In this document: one piece after another, positions 16,480-25,737 of the stretch
How the letters are laid out: each line of letters begins with the position of its first letter
Numbering within the stretch: the first letter of the stretch is position 1
Virus record (IMG/VR): IMGVR_UViG_3300025154_000056
Coordinates: 1 to 64,000 of that record
Length of the DNA: 64,000 nt
From: a virus
Taxonomy: Duplodnaviria > Caudoviricetes
Strand: one strand, 5' to 3'
The notes under the pieces: model-generated
Databases searched by the model: none
What the model was told of the DNA's origin: nothing
The model's input: only the letters and a program-made list of their open reading frames with translations
Made by a program: the position numbers and the translations under genes

Positions 16480-16750
16480 CAAAGAATACATAATAAGGTA
16501 TCGTAAGTGCAGCACCTGTGCTTACTGGGAGCCATTTTCCGACCGCAAGATTGGCACCTGCAGTCATCCGCTTGCATTCGTGCACGTAGGAGGCGACCGA
16601 GGCTTGTTCGTAGTAAAGCCTACTTTCTATTCAGGCGAGGTGTGCAGCCGCTGGGGGTACGAAAAGACATTTATGGTTGCTGATCCACTGAAGTGCAGGC
16701 ACGGTATAGACACAACGCTACGTTGCAGCCAATGTGAAGAGGAAGAATGA
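16388..16750 (+). CDS. Cys-rich hypothetical protein (start uncertain)
   Basis: CSTCAYW, CRHG, CSQC. Confidence 0.5.
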   Translation: MQSKVGWPQCLFSKSRGRTMTLVLHRLKISSKEYIIRYRKCSTCAYWEPFSDRKIGTCSHPLAFVHVGGDRGLFVVKPTFYSGEVCSRWGYEKTFMVADPLKCRHGIDTTLRCSQCEEEE

Positions 16751-16968
16751 TCGTAGTCATCGACATCAATTCGAATGTAGTTACTTACGCTCCTGAAAAG
16801 AAGTGTTCTAGTTGTGGCAAAACTAGCAACGAATCCAGCGACCTGTTACAAAGTAAGGGCTGGCTACGTCGATGGGACTACGGTTCCGGGAAGTTCGAGT
16901 GGCTTTGTAGTGACTGCAGTAATGGAGTTTACGCACCACAAATAGAAGAGAGGCTTTTGGTAGTATGA
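16747..16968 (+). CDS. small zinc-ribbon protein
   Basis: CSSC...CSDC. Confidence 0.6.
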   Translation: MIVVIDINSNVVTYAPEKKCSSCGKTSNESSDLLQSKGWLRRWDYGSGKFEWLCSDCSNGVYAPQIEERLLVV

Positions 16969-17426
16969 ACCGACTTCAAGCAGAGGTATTGACAGCAGCT
17001 GAGCATCTACGTGATGAGCTGTACAAGTCGTACGACGTGAAGGATGCTCGGTCCCTGGCGCGGATGATGACAGGTGCAAACGCCATGTCGCTAGCTCTGC
17101 TTGATCTCGTTGAGTCCCTGGACAATCTAGGTGACCAAGAGCACTTACCTGAAGTGGCTCAAGCTCCTTCTCTGGGTCTAACACCATTAGAACTTCGTAC
17201 TTTGCGCTCTTTAGAGAATAACAACGGAGTACTAAGCGTTACACATCTGTGCGACAAGCTGAATAGTAGTCATCACCACAAGAAAGTCAGTGAAGCTACG
17301 GTACTGGATACTGCTACCGCTCTAGAAAGCGATGAATTCGTAGCCATCAAAATGGCTCACGGTAAAAGAGATCTAGTGAACATCACGAAAAAAGGTAGTG
17401 ATATTGTAGGTAGACTGAGTAGGTAA
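16965..17426 (+). CDS. winged-helix (MarR-like) DNA-binding protein
   Basis: LTPLELRTLRSL...SVTHLCDKL...SEATVLDTATALE...VNITKKG. Confidence 0.6.
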   Translation: MNRLQAEVLTAAEHLRDELYKSYDVKDARSLARMMTGANAMSLALLDLVESLDNLGDQEHLPEVAQAPSLGLTPLELRTLRSLENNNGVLSVTHLCDKLNSSHHHKKVSEATVLDTATALESDEFVAIKMAHGKRDLVNITKKGSDIVGRLSR

Positions 17427-17603
17427 TAGAAGGAATATATTTGATGAAACGTCCTGGACCTCAACGTGTATGTAGCAAATGTGGTGGTATCCACGGGCTG
17501 GTTCTGCTGGGCGGCAAGTGGACCCACAAGTCATGCCACGAGAAGCAGTACAAACCAGATGTGAACCCTTGGGCAAAACGTAAGAAGCTCACAGGAGGTT
17601 GAC

Positions 17604-17954
17604 GTGAACTGGCGGATGAAGGACAGGCAGACAGGGCGCACTACTCGAATGATCCAAGCAGCTGTCAAAGCAGCTATCAACGGAAGTAAAGTACACATCA
17701 TAGTGCATAGTCTTAGAGAGGTAGACAGAATTAGACGTGTTCTACACGATATGCATGCTAGTGCGTTGGATATCTCTGTGTCTCCTCCAGCAGACCCCTG
17801 GTGGTCAGACGATGACACCCTCCGACCGCGTGGGGTACACCCAGATGCTAAGGTATTCATAGACCACCACGCTGTTAGAGAGCGATACAGCAACATACTA
17901 GACATGTACCACAGGTGGGACAGGTGGGACGTACCACCAGAGGAGGAGTCATGA
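17604..17954 (+). CDS. small degenerate P-loop-like protein
   Basis: RQTGRTT (Walker A-like) and VFIDH (Walker B-like). Confidence 0.55.
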   Translation: MNWRMKDRQTGRTTRMIQAAVKAAINGSKVHIIVHSLREVDRIRRVLHDMHASALDISVSPPADPWWSDDDTLRPRGVHPDAKVFIDHHAVRERYSNILDMYHRWDRWDVPPEEES

Positions 17955-18565
17955 AACGACTTCTATTGTTGTTCTGCGCATGTCTTGCATTGGCTGGGTG
18001 TCGTGCGTCCATGAAGGACTGCGGAGTGTACAGTGCGTCCAATATGGACACGCATCACTACCGTGGAAGTATTGAGGTTGATACCCGTACGCCCCTAGGC
18101 ATCCCAGTAGATACTGGCGGCGTAGAACATGACTTGAATAGAATCGACACTATGGTTCTAGAGGTCAAGCAGTGTTTGTCGAAGAACTTCCCTGATTTTT
18201 GGATCTCAAAGGAGGTCCGCAACAAGGCACTCTGCCATGCGCAGGATTTCTCAGCGTCGTATCAAGCGGCGTTCAGTTACGGTTGTTGGCAGGTGAAGAT
18301 TGACAACAACTGGGTCAAATCGTGCGACGGCGCGCAGCAGTTGCTCAGTGCAAAGTCTCCGACTCTACCTACCCAAACATGCGGTAGTAAAGTAGGTCTA
18401 TATGGCACTGAGGAGTGCCCATGTAGATACCGCGTGGCCCAGACAGGGAAGACAATCGTAGTGCCCCCAGACGCAAGGCTCTTCAAGGACGGTTTCGTTA
18501 GAATCATCACGGGTTGTCAGAACCCGTGGGCTCACCCACTACTCACAGAGTGTGTGCAGCCGTAA
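17951..18565 (+). CDS. Cys-rich lipoprotein
   Basis: GGAGGAG RBS; MKRLLLLFCACLALAGC lipobox. Confidence 0.75.
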   Translation: MKRLLLLFCACLALAGCRASMKDCGVYSASNMDTHHYRGSIEVDTRTPLGIPVDTGGVEHDLNRIDTMVLEVKQCLSKNFPDFWISKEVRNKALCHAQDFSASYQAAFSYGCWQVKIDNNWVKSCDGAQQLLSAKSPTLPTQTCGSKVGLYGTEECPCRYRVAQTGKTIVVPPDARLFKDGFVRIITGCQNPWAHPLLTECVQP

Positions 18566-18740
18566 TATCTGTGTTGTAATTGTACGTATGTCGTGGAGGT
18601 TTGAATGTCTATTTCAATTTGCAGGTGTGGTGCTGTTGATGACTCGATTCAAGGAGGGTGGTCGTGTCCCATCTGCAAGTTGAGAGTGTGTCAGAGCTGT
18701 TACATCAAGCATAACCAGCAAAAACATCAGGAGATATACT

Positions 18741-19169
18741 ATGGAGCAACACGCAGACAGGTCTCAGTGGGAAGTAGTGAAGACGTTCTCTGGGGAGAAC
18801 TCAATCACAGTGACTGTGAAGCGACTGGTCATCAAGGGGAAGTACACCCGATACAGCATCAGCATCGGAACGCACCAACAGAAGGGAGACTCCCAGTTCG
18901 TAGCTCCGTTCATTCAGGTACGCACTGAGGGTCTGATTGACGTACAGATTCAACGTGTTGGATTGACAGTCGGCAACCTCATCGCAGAGGCTGAGGAATG
19001 GATCAGGGAAGACGCAACGACGTGGGCAAAAGCGCTCCAAGACCAGATGTACGATCGCGACTCAGCTCGTGACGCCCGCACCAACGTGAAGCGCACCAGG
19101 CAGACTGGCAAGACTGCTCGCAACCGCGAGAAGAAATCCCTCAAGAAGACTGACCAACCTCAAGTATGA
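18741..19169 (+). CDS. hypothetical protein with basic tail
   Basis: AGGAG RBS. Confidence 0.7.
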   Translation: MEQHADRSQWEVVKTFSGENSITVTVKRLVIKGKYTRYSISIGTHQQKGDSQFVAPFIQVRTEGLIDVQIQRVGLTVGNLIAEAEEWIREDATTWAKALQDQMYDRDSARDARTNVKRTRQTGKTARNREKKSLKKTDQPQV

Positions 19170-19190
19170 GAGAAAGCCACCGAGGTCAAT

Positions 19191-19856
19191 ATGAAGATTG
19201 AAAATGTCGAGGTGTTTGGCTTCATGGCAGCACTGCGTGGCATGCGCAATCCAATGGAGTCGTGGTCGAAGACAGACACACGCCATGCCATTCTCGGTGA
19301 CGACCTTCCATGGAACTTCACCTTGGTCGAGTCCTCTGAACTTCCGATGATCGGGCCCAACGATATGCGCCTTGCTCTATCGCTTATCAAAGCAGGTGGA
19401 GCGCACCGCAAATTCCTTCGACAGATCATCGTATGGTGGGACATCACGATCCCACGTGCTGTCTGGCAAGAATTGGACACGTACAAAGTAGCAACTGTGC
19501 GTAACTCGTGCTCGACGATGCACAAACTCGGTTCACGTGACTTAGAGGCTTGTGACTTCGAAGGAGGCGAGATTGCACCTACTCAACTCGTGCTGATCAA
19601 CGAGCTGGGTGCGAAATATCGGTCTGAAAAGACACCAACCAACCTGCATGCGTTGAAGATGCAGCTGCCAGAGAGCTTTTTACAGAAGGCAACCTACACG
19701 TTCTCGTACGAGACAGCACTGCACATGTGGTTCGATCGTCATGACCATCGGATGCCAGAATGGAGCGGCCCGGAAGGTATCTGCGAGTGGATCAAGCGGC
19801 TACCATATATGCCCCAATTCATTGAGTGCATGTTGATTGAGAAAGCTCGTGGCTGA
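19191..19856 (+). CDS. ThyX-like (flavin-dependent thymidylate synthase fold) phage protein
   Basis: ALRGMRNPMESW...HRKFLRQI...WQELDTYKV...NSCSTMHKL; lacks canonical RHRxxS motif. Confidence 0.65.
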   Translation: MKIENVEVFGFMAALRGMRNPMESWSKTDTRHAILGDDLPWNFTLVESSELPMIGPNDMRLALSLIKAGGAHRKFLRQIIVWWDITIPRAVWQELDTYKVATVRNSCSTMHKLGSRDLEACDFEGGEIAPTQLVLINELGAKYRSEKTPTNLHALKMQLPESFLQKATYTFSYETALHMWFDRHDHRMPEWSGPEGICEWIKRLPYMPQFIECMLIEKARG

Positions 19857-20073
19857 CCGCTCATACAACTGTTTTCTAGCACTTTCGTGCAACACCCGTT
19901 TCCTGCCTAGCAAAACCCCCTAGAACGCATCCATCTTCTCGACCCGTCCGTTGGTCGTGCTGGGCCCAAAAACGCGCTCTACCCATCGCCAAAATTGAAG
20001 CTGACGTGGTTCGAGACCCGTTGGTTGTCACGAGTCACCAAACAGTACTCGAATTGCTAATGAAGAGAGTTGA

Positions 20074-20241
20074 AATGTCTCTCGCGTGGGCGCGTACGCG
20101 CAGTAGTTATCCATTACTAAATCCTCTGTGTGATTCTAACTAATCATTGTCTATTGAGTGAGTATAATCTCTCATTCATACACGTGATCTGTAGTTCCAC
20201 CCTTCGGGTGGAACCATAGACGCGCGCACGCACGAGACATT
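20074..20241. repeat. 22-nt imperfect inverted repeat flanking an AT-rich core and a 9-bp hairpin (ori-like)
   Basis: arms 20074-20095 and 20220-20241; GTTCCACCC-TTC-GGGTGGAAC at 20194-20214. Confidence 0.65.
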
Positions 20242-20512
20242 CTGCCCACACAACAGACAACGGTCAGTCAGGAGCACACAGACGATCCAGCAACGCATAA
20301 TTCACGTTTCTCGATCCAATAATCTCGTCTTTCATTCAACAAACGACAGCATTGGATCTGCGAAACGAGACATTGGAATTCAACAACATGCCCCAACCCC
20401 CAGTTCCGCTCACCCCCTTCCCCAACCAGCGAACAACCACGTTTACTATCAAGGCTTGACATGATAGTGTATTGATGTCTTTTGGCGGCATCTAACGAGT
20501 AAGCGAGGCACC

Positions 20513-20848
20513 ATGAGTGACCTAGACGAAAACATCAAAGTCAAAATGAAGCGTGAGTTGGATCGATTGACTGAAGCTGGCTACACGCCCACGCTGCTGG
20601 TCGTCGATGTACTCTCAATGAAGGAAGCATTGGCAGAATACACGTCAGCTGAAATCTCGAACGGCGGGACGTTTCCGTGGCCCATTGTTCCTCCACAAGA
20701 GTGGGCTAGAAGTCCTACTGATGAATTCTACTACTGGGGGGTTCAAATCAAGTTCGACCCATACAAAGACGGAATTGTAGAAGACTCAATTCGCGCCCTA
20801 CCAGACACACCTGCAGGGCTCATTGTTATGGAATCCGAGAACCCGTGA
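20513..20848 (+). CDS. hypothetical protein
   Basis: TTGACA at 20456, GAGG RBS. Confidence 0.65.
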   Translation: MSDLDENIKVKMKRELDRLTEAGYTPTLLVVDVLSMKEALAEYTSAEISNGGTFPWPIVPPQEWARSPTDEFYYWGVQIKFDPYKDGIVEDSIRALPDTPAGLIVMESENP

Positions 20849-20855
20849 GGTAGTC

Positions 20856-22196
20856 ATGGTAGTAGCTAATCTTGTATTTACGCAGAATGCTGTTGTCGGT
20901 ACTGCTGGAGAAGCATACATAGGAGTCGTCGGAAGTCCTGTGACTCTATCTAATCAAGATGACACGGATGTAACTACCTGGCACTACGAGATAATGAGTT
21001 CTCCTTACAACAGCTCAGTGGCTGCTGCTGTTCTGTCTGATGGGGCGGCTCCTACGGCTGCTTTCACCCCTGACGTGTCTGGCAGTTACAGAATTCTTGA
21101 GTATGTAAAAGACAGCAGCAACAACGTGTCGTCCCAGATTCGAGTACTTGGGGTGAAGAATTCCAGGGGCTGGATTGTTCCAGCCTTTGACGGTGTGGCT
21201 ATCGAACACAACTTCGGAGGGCAGATTCGTGGCTGGGTAGGTGATGACTCTGTGTGTCTAGTGGACCGTATTCTAGATGACATACTTTTAGGCATTAGCG
21301 ATGGGTTCAACTTCCCTCTGCGTGATTGGGCGTACGACTCACCGGGTTCTATCGCTACGTCAGTTTCTTTAGTATATGTAGTGTCTATTGGTACACCCAT
21401 ACGATTCTGCGTGCAGATAGGCACTACAGTCGCTTCTAATTTGGGGGGTGGTAGTGGCGTTTACGCTATTGTGGGGGTATCCAACGCTGTAGTGGAACCG
21501 TCAGGTCGTCTTTACGTAGAGTACGTAGATGATGGTGGCGGAGACTTTCACGCAAATATCTACAGTAGAGTTGGGTATGTAGGTCTAGTGGGGCACACAG
21601 AATCCTATTCTGTAGATGGAGTCAAGATTATTGTTGCTGACAACGACAGCGGGATATCCGGCGTCCTTGTAGTAGCTGTACCAGAGGCTGGTGGGGAGAT
21701 AGTAGAGTTCTTTAGGTGGGGTGTAGTCAGTGCAGTCAGTGCTGCAACCATCGTATGGGACGGTGCTGCAATAGACAACACTGTAGAGACCGCTGTTTGT
21801 GGAGACAAGGCTCGTGTAGGTCAATTGACTGCGTTCATATCTGGGGAGGTCGGGGACGACGCAAACACGCTTGCTACGGCAGGGCAGAAGCTTCACTACT
21901 CTGGACCTCCCGCTCGCGTTGTGCGGCAGCAGTTCTGTGCGAATGCGGTGTCTGGTAGTGGAGTCACAGCCACGTGGGCAGTCATAGATAGGCTTGGGTC
22001 GTGGTTTGGGGAGTACGGTAACGCATTTACACCTACTCTTATTGAGAATACAGACCGGGCCACTAGTGGGGCTGGTGATTCGGTTGTTGGACTCTGTAGA
22101 GTGGTCACGGATGACCAAGTCGACATCGTGACTGTGGCAGTGGCGGGTGGAACAGCTACGCAGACGTCAGCTAACTTGGTGTTGGTGTTGGAATGA
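20856..22196 (+). CDS. putative virion accessory protein with PKD/Ig-like N-terminal domain
   Basis: WHYEIMSSP...AAFTPDVSGSYRI PKD-like pattern; beta-rich V/G/S/T composition. Confidence 0.6.
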   Translation: MVVANLVFTQNAVVGTAGEAYIGVVGSPVTLSNQDDTDVTTWHYEIMSSPYNSSVAAAVLSDGAAPTAAFTPDVSGSYRILEYVKDSSNNVSSQIRVLGVKNSRGWIVPAFDGVAIEHNFGGQIRGWVGDDSVCLVDRILDDILLGISDGFNFPLRDWAYDSPGSIATSVSLVYVVSIGTPIRFCVQIGTTVASNLGGGSGVYAIVGVSNAVVEPSGRLYVEYVDDGGGDFHANIYSRVGYVGLVGHTESYSVDGVKIIVADNDSGISGVLVVAVPEAGGEIVEFFRWGVVSAVSAATIVWDGAAIDNTVETAVCGDKARVGQLTAFISGEVGDDANTLATAGQKLHYSGPPARVVRQQFCANAVSGSGVTATWAVIDRLGSWFGEYGNAFTPTLIENTDRATSGAGDSVVGLCRVVTDDQVDIVTVAVAGGTATQTSANLVLVLE

Positions 22197-22909
22197 TTCT
22201 GGTCAATGCTTCTACTAGTTCTTTATGGACACCAGCAGATCTAGGAGCTTTGGCGATAGCTGACTGGTGGTCGGAGAACACTGACGTAGGCATCACTCCT
22301 AGCCTAATAAGTACCTTCTATGATTGTACTGGCAGCGGCAGGGTGGCGCACAGAACAGAGCCGTCCTATCGGGCAAGCTTGGCGGTGTCTGCGTCAATGA
22401 ACGGTAAGCTTGTAGCCGTAACACCAGCTGATTATGGAACCTACTACATAAGCGGCCCATCTTTTTTCAATACAAGTTCTGCAAGGTTCATGTATTTCAT
22501 TGTTGGGCGGCAGCTGACCACTAGTACGTACCAAGCTCTGTGGACTGTTAGTGGTGCCTCCCCTATGAGTATTACCGATTCGGCCGGGCAGGCAGGAGTT
22601 CAGATCGCTGGATATCAATCTGTAGGGGCCGCGACTAGCCCTAGCGGGGTTTTTGCTAGGGTATGGGAGTTTGATGGGGCTGTAGGTCGAATGTGGTCTC
22701 CAGCTGGACAAGCAGGGGTAAACTTCGTTGCGCAGAACTCATTTGTTGGGAATAGTGTCAATCCGTCACACTTATTTGGAGGAAACTACAATACGATGTG
22801 TTTTAGAGGTAATGAATTTGGTCGAGGGATCTTAGTCGATACAGTAGACTCTGCACTGCGGGCTAAGTGGTTTGCTTGGTGCGCAGACTACTACGGCGTG
22901 ACTACGTAA
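22193..22909 (+). CDS. putative LamG/concanavalin-like virion protein
   Basis: WTPADLG...W start and YYG end typical of phage LamG-like domains. Confidence 0.55.
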   Translation: MILVNASTSSLWTPADLGALAIADWWSENTDVGITPSLISTFYDCTGSGRVAHRTEPSYRASLAVSASMNGKLVAVTPADYGTYYISGPSFFNTSSARFMYFIVGRQLTTSTYQALWTVSGASPMSITDSAGQAGVQIAGYQSVGAATSPSGVFARVWEFDGAVGRMWSPAGQAGVNFVAQNSFVGNSVNPSHLFGGNYNTMCFRGNEFGRGILVDTVDSALRAKWFAWCADYYGVTT

Positions 22910-22967
22910 TCAGCACACTCTATTCCATAACTGGACAGTATAATTTTTCTGTGCCACCCTTCAGCAC

Positions 22968-23213
22968 ATGGGAAAAGCACGCTCACGCCACTTGGTGGAA
23001 GACGAAGAAGTCGCGTTCGAAATCAAAAATGCTAAATGTGTTGACCAAACACCTGAGGCAATCAAAGTCCTGTTCAAGCTGGAGGATGGCTCCACGGTGA
23101 CAAATTGGATACCTCAGTCCCAGGTTACTGATGACAGCGAGGTGTATTCCAAGGGACACAGCGGGACTCTACGAATCACACAATACATCGCAGAATTGAG
23201 AGGTTGGTTATGA
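22968..23213 (+). CDS. small conserved phage protein
   Basis: TPEAIKV...WIPQSQV pattern. Confidence 0.6.
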   Translation: MGKARSRHLVEDEEVAFEIKNAKCVDQTPEAIKVLFKLEDGSTVTNWIPQSQVTDDSEVYSKGHSGTLRITQYIAELRGWL

Positions 23214-24241
23214 TTATCTTTGCAGACATGACGTCGGATGCTCGACCAGAGACACAGATTTGGAAGTCGAAGCTAGCAGGCGTGAGGACTGTATATACAC
23301 ACGCGAACTGCCCAGACGGCTACGCCTCAGCCGTCATAGTTGTTGCGGCGTACAAGTGCAAAGGGTTGCGGGCCACGCAGGAAGTACCTGATGTCGTGTT
23401 TGTAGACTACAAAGAAATCAACGATATTGAGCCACACCCAGGGGCCATGTTCGTTGATATGTGCCCGCGCAACCAGCTGGAGAAATGGGCTGAAGTTGAC
23501 CCCATCATATTGGATCATCACGAGACAAGTCTGAAAGGGCTTCTGGCAGCGAATGCCAGCCTCAAAGAATCCCGATCACCATTCTTGTTTGACTCCGTGC
23601 GAGGAGAGGAATCCAAGGAGGTGTGCGGGGCAATACTGGCATTAGAGCATGTGTTTTGCTATTTGGTCCCCAGGTCTGACTCCTACAAGACCGGCATGGA
23701 CTACGAGGGGTGGGGCAGGTTGGCGTCCCTGTCCAATGTCCGGGACAACTGGCTTACCGGAGACCCGCAGTGGGAGTACGCCCTGCAACTGGCTGAGGGA
23801 TTCAGGCTGTACGGGCACAACGTACTGCAATGGGTATATGATGGCACATTTGCGTACTCTGAATTGTTGCACACCGGCAAGTACTTGTACGAAAGAAAGA
23901 CACGTGTATATGGCGAGATACTGGCTGGCGGCATCCAAAAGAGCGTCAAGGGGGCTAGCGTAGTTTTCGCCCAGACATACGACGCCAGTGACTTCTCTGA
24001 GTGGTGCCGCAGAGAACACGGCGTAGATATCACGTTTTCCATTGGGTACAGCCTTTCCCTCGATGAGGCTAGGGTGAGTCTAAGGACAAATGATCTCTAT
24101 CCAATTGCTGCGAAATTCTGCGAAATGCATGGTGGGGGAGGACATCCACCCGCTGCTGGGTGCAACATAAAGCTCGAAGGTAGGTCATTGCTTGAACTTG
24201 TCGAGCAATTGTCTCAAGAGCTTGTGCCGTATTGTAGTTGA
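23204..24241 (+). CDS. DHH/DHHA1 family phosphoesterase
   Basis: HANCPDG, FVD, LDHH, VSLR, GGGGHPPAAG motifs. Confidence 0.85.
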   Translation: MVMIIFADMTSDARPETQIWKSKLAGVRTVYTHANCPDGYASAVIVVAAYKCKGLRATQEVPDVVFVDYKEINDIEPHPGAMFVDMCPRNQLEKWAEVDPIILDHHETSLKGLLAANASLKESRSPFLFDSVRGEESKEVCGAILALEHVFCYLVPRSDSYKTGMDYEGWGRLASLSNVRDNWLTGDPQWEYALQLAEGFRLYGHNVLQWVYDGTFAYSELLHTGKYLYERKTRVYGEILAGGIQKSVKGASVVFAQTYDASDFSEWCRREHGVDITFSIGYSLSLDEARVSLRTNDLYPIAAKFCEMHGGGGHPPAAGCNIKLEGRSLLELVEQLSQELVPYCS

Positions 24242-24459
24242 CCTTTACCCACAGTAGGTTATGCTGAGTTGGATAAACCACCCGTAAGGAGGGGACACTA
24301 TGAGCATTGAAAAACAAGCTCTTCATTCCTTCTGCGAGAGGATTCTAGCCAACCCGATGTCCGATCCTAGTGAACTTTGCTGGGCTCGGGCTAGGCTCGA
24401 AGAACTTCACGCAGAGAGCGTGTCGCGAGCAGCATAGCCACGGACCAAAGTCCTGGCGT

Positions 24460-24852
24460 ATGACCAAACGAAAATCTGAATTGTGGTCTGAGGTGGATGA
24501 GATCATAGGGCGCGGCGAGCACCCTGTGGTCTCTATCCCCGCTGGTACAGAGATACTAACCCCCAAGCGACGACCCGGTAGGCCCAGGGTCAACCCACCA
24601 GAAAACCCATTCTTCAATTGGGAGATGCAGACTCCCTCTGGGTTTCCTATGCGTTGTCGCAACCCAGGCTGTAACCGTAGGCTCAAGCGTCGGGATCGTG
24701 CCATCACGTGTAGTGACAGGTGCAAGACTGAGCTGTGCGCGTACTGCACTACAATGCTTTCTATTATCAACGGCGAGGTAGACCCTAAAGATCTGCCTCC
24801 GCACTACAGGTCAAATAGGCTCGGAGGCGGCAAAAAGAATGGCAAGAAATAG
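24460..24852 (+). CDS. zinc-binding hypothetical protein
   Basis: CRNPGC...CSDRC; AT-hook-like RRPGRPR. Confidence 0.6.
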   Translation: MTKRKSELWSEVDEIIGRGEHPVVSIPAGTEILTPKRRPGRPRVNPPENPFFNWEMQTPSGFPMRCRNPGCNRRLKRRDRAITCSDRCKTELCAYCTTMLSIINGEVDPKDLPPHYRSNRLGGGKKNGKK

Positions 24853-25045
24853 GTCACATTTCATGCGATGGCTTGGAAAACAGGTGAAGCGGTCTTCTCT
24901 TGCTCGTGCTATTGTTAGCAGCGGACATGCATACCCAAGTATCTCGTCAATAGAGAGTATGGATGTCAAAGCAATATACGGGCTACAAAAAGAGGATCGA
25001 AGGCATCTGATGGGCTTGTGGGAGGCTAAGCATGAAGCTAGGTGA
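24839..25045 (+). CDS. small hypothetical protein
   Basis: GGAGG RBS, tiles. Confidence 0.55.
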   Translation: MARNRSHFMRWLGKQVKRSSLARAIVSSGHAYPSISSIESMDVKAIYGLQKEDRRHLMGLWEAKHEAR

Positions 25046-25238
25046 CGCAGTCGCAGCCCTTACCAAGTCACTTGGTATCGAGCAGTGTGACCAGTGCAAG
25101 CAACGTCAGGCTGTCCTCAACGAGCTGGGTGAAAAGCTCAAGAAGCTATTAGGAGGCACTGATGAGACAAGCAACGATGTTGGATCTGTTGGATCTAGCA
25201 GAGGACGCGCAGAACACTCACCGGACGAACCAAGGTGA
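25032..25238 (+). CDS. small conserved phage protein
   Basis: LGDAVAALTKSLGIEQCDQCKQRQAVLN pattern. Confidence 0.6.
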   Translation: MKLGDAVAALTKSLGIEQCDQCKQRQAVLNELGEKLKKLLGGTDETSNDVGSVGSSRGRAEHSPDEPR

Positions 25239-25446
25239 GGAGTTGAATGTAGAGCAGTCAGTCGCGACTATGGCTGAGGTTATGCATATTCCAGCAGGTG
25301 AATTGACGGAGACACAGCTTGCGTTCGTTGAAGCACAGAGAAAGCATCAACGAGAGGGCGGTAGCCCTGGGGGCGGCATGTTCTCCAACGGTCGGAAGTT
25401 CAGGCTCGATACTACCGGTAGAGAACCCAAATTCAAAATTGGTTGA
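25162..25446 (+). CDS. hypothetical protein
   Basis: AGGAGG RBS. Confidence 0.6.
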   Translation: MRQATMLDLLDLAEDAQNTHRTNQGEELNVEQSVATMAEVMHIPAGELTETQLAFVEAQRKHQREGGSPGGGMFSNGRKFRLDTTGREPKFKIG

Positions 25447-25506
25447 ATATGCTGGTGATTCGGGTGTAAACTGCTCCAATCCATGTATATGGGAAGGAGT
25501 ATTTGA

Positions 25507-25668
25507 ATGGCACAACCCAGAAATCGTCCCAAGGCTGCAAAGCCTAAGGGAGCAACTGTTCGAGCTGGTGGGACTGCGCGTAGCGGTGGGACCATCCGCA
25601 GAGGCGGAACCATCCGTAGGGGTGGGACGGCTACTGCTGGTGGCGGTGGTGGTTCTGGCGGCGGCTGA
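25507..25668 (+). CDS. 53-aa basic repeat peptide ending in GGGGGSGGG (absent from ORF track)
   Basis: AAGGAG RBS; MAQPRNRPKAAKPKGATVRAGGTARSGGTIRRGGTIRRGGTATAGGGGGSGGG*. Confidence 0.75.
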   Translation: MAQPRNRPKAAKPKGATVRAGGTARSGGTIRRGGTIRRGGTATAGGGGGSGGG

Positions 25669-25686
25669 AAACAACGGTCACAAATT

Positions 25687-25721
25687 CGAGCCCCTCTACT
25701 GAAACATGTAGAGGGGTTTCG
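25687..25721 (+). terminator. stem-loop between peptide gene and QueC-like gene
   Basis: CCCCTCTAC/GTAGAGGGG perfect 9-bp stem followed by TTTC. Confidence 0.6.
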
Positions 25722-25737
25722 TGCATTTGGAGGTTCA

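Noticed and set aside
20005-20025. GGTTCGAGACCC T-loop-like motif
   Set aside because: No D arm, anticodon arm or acceptor stem around it.
25319-25702. 127-aa ORF in the track covering the peptide locus
   Set aside because: TTG start without RBS and overlap with the upstream gene; the 25507-25668 frame has an RBS, a repeat structure and a downstream hairpin.
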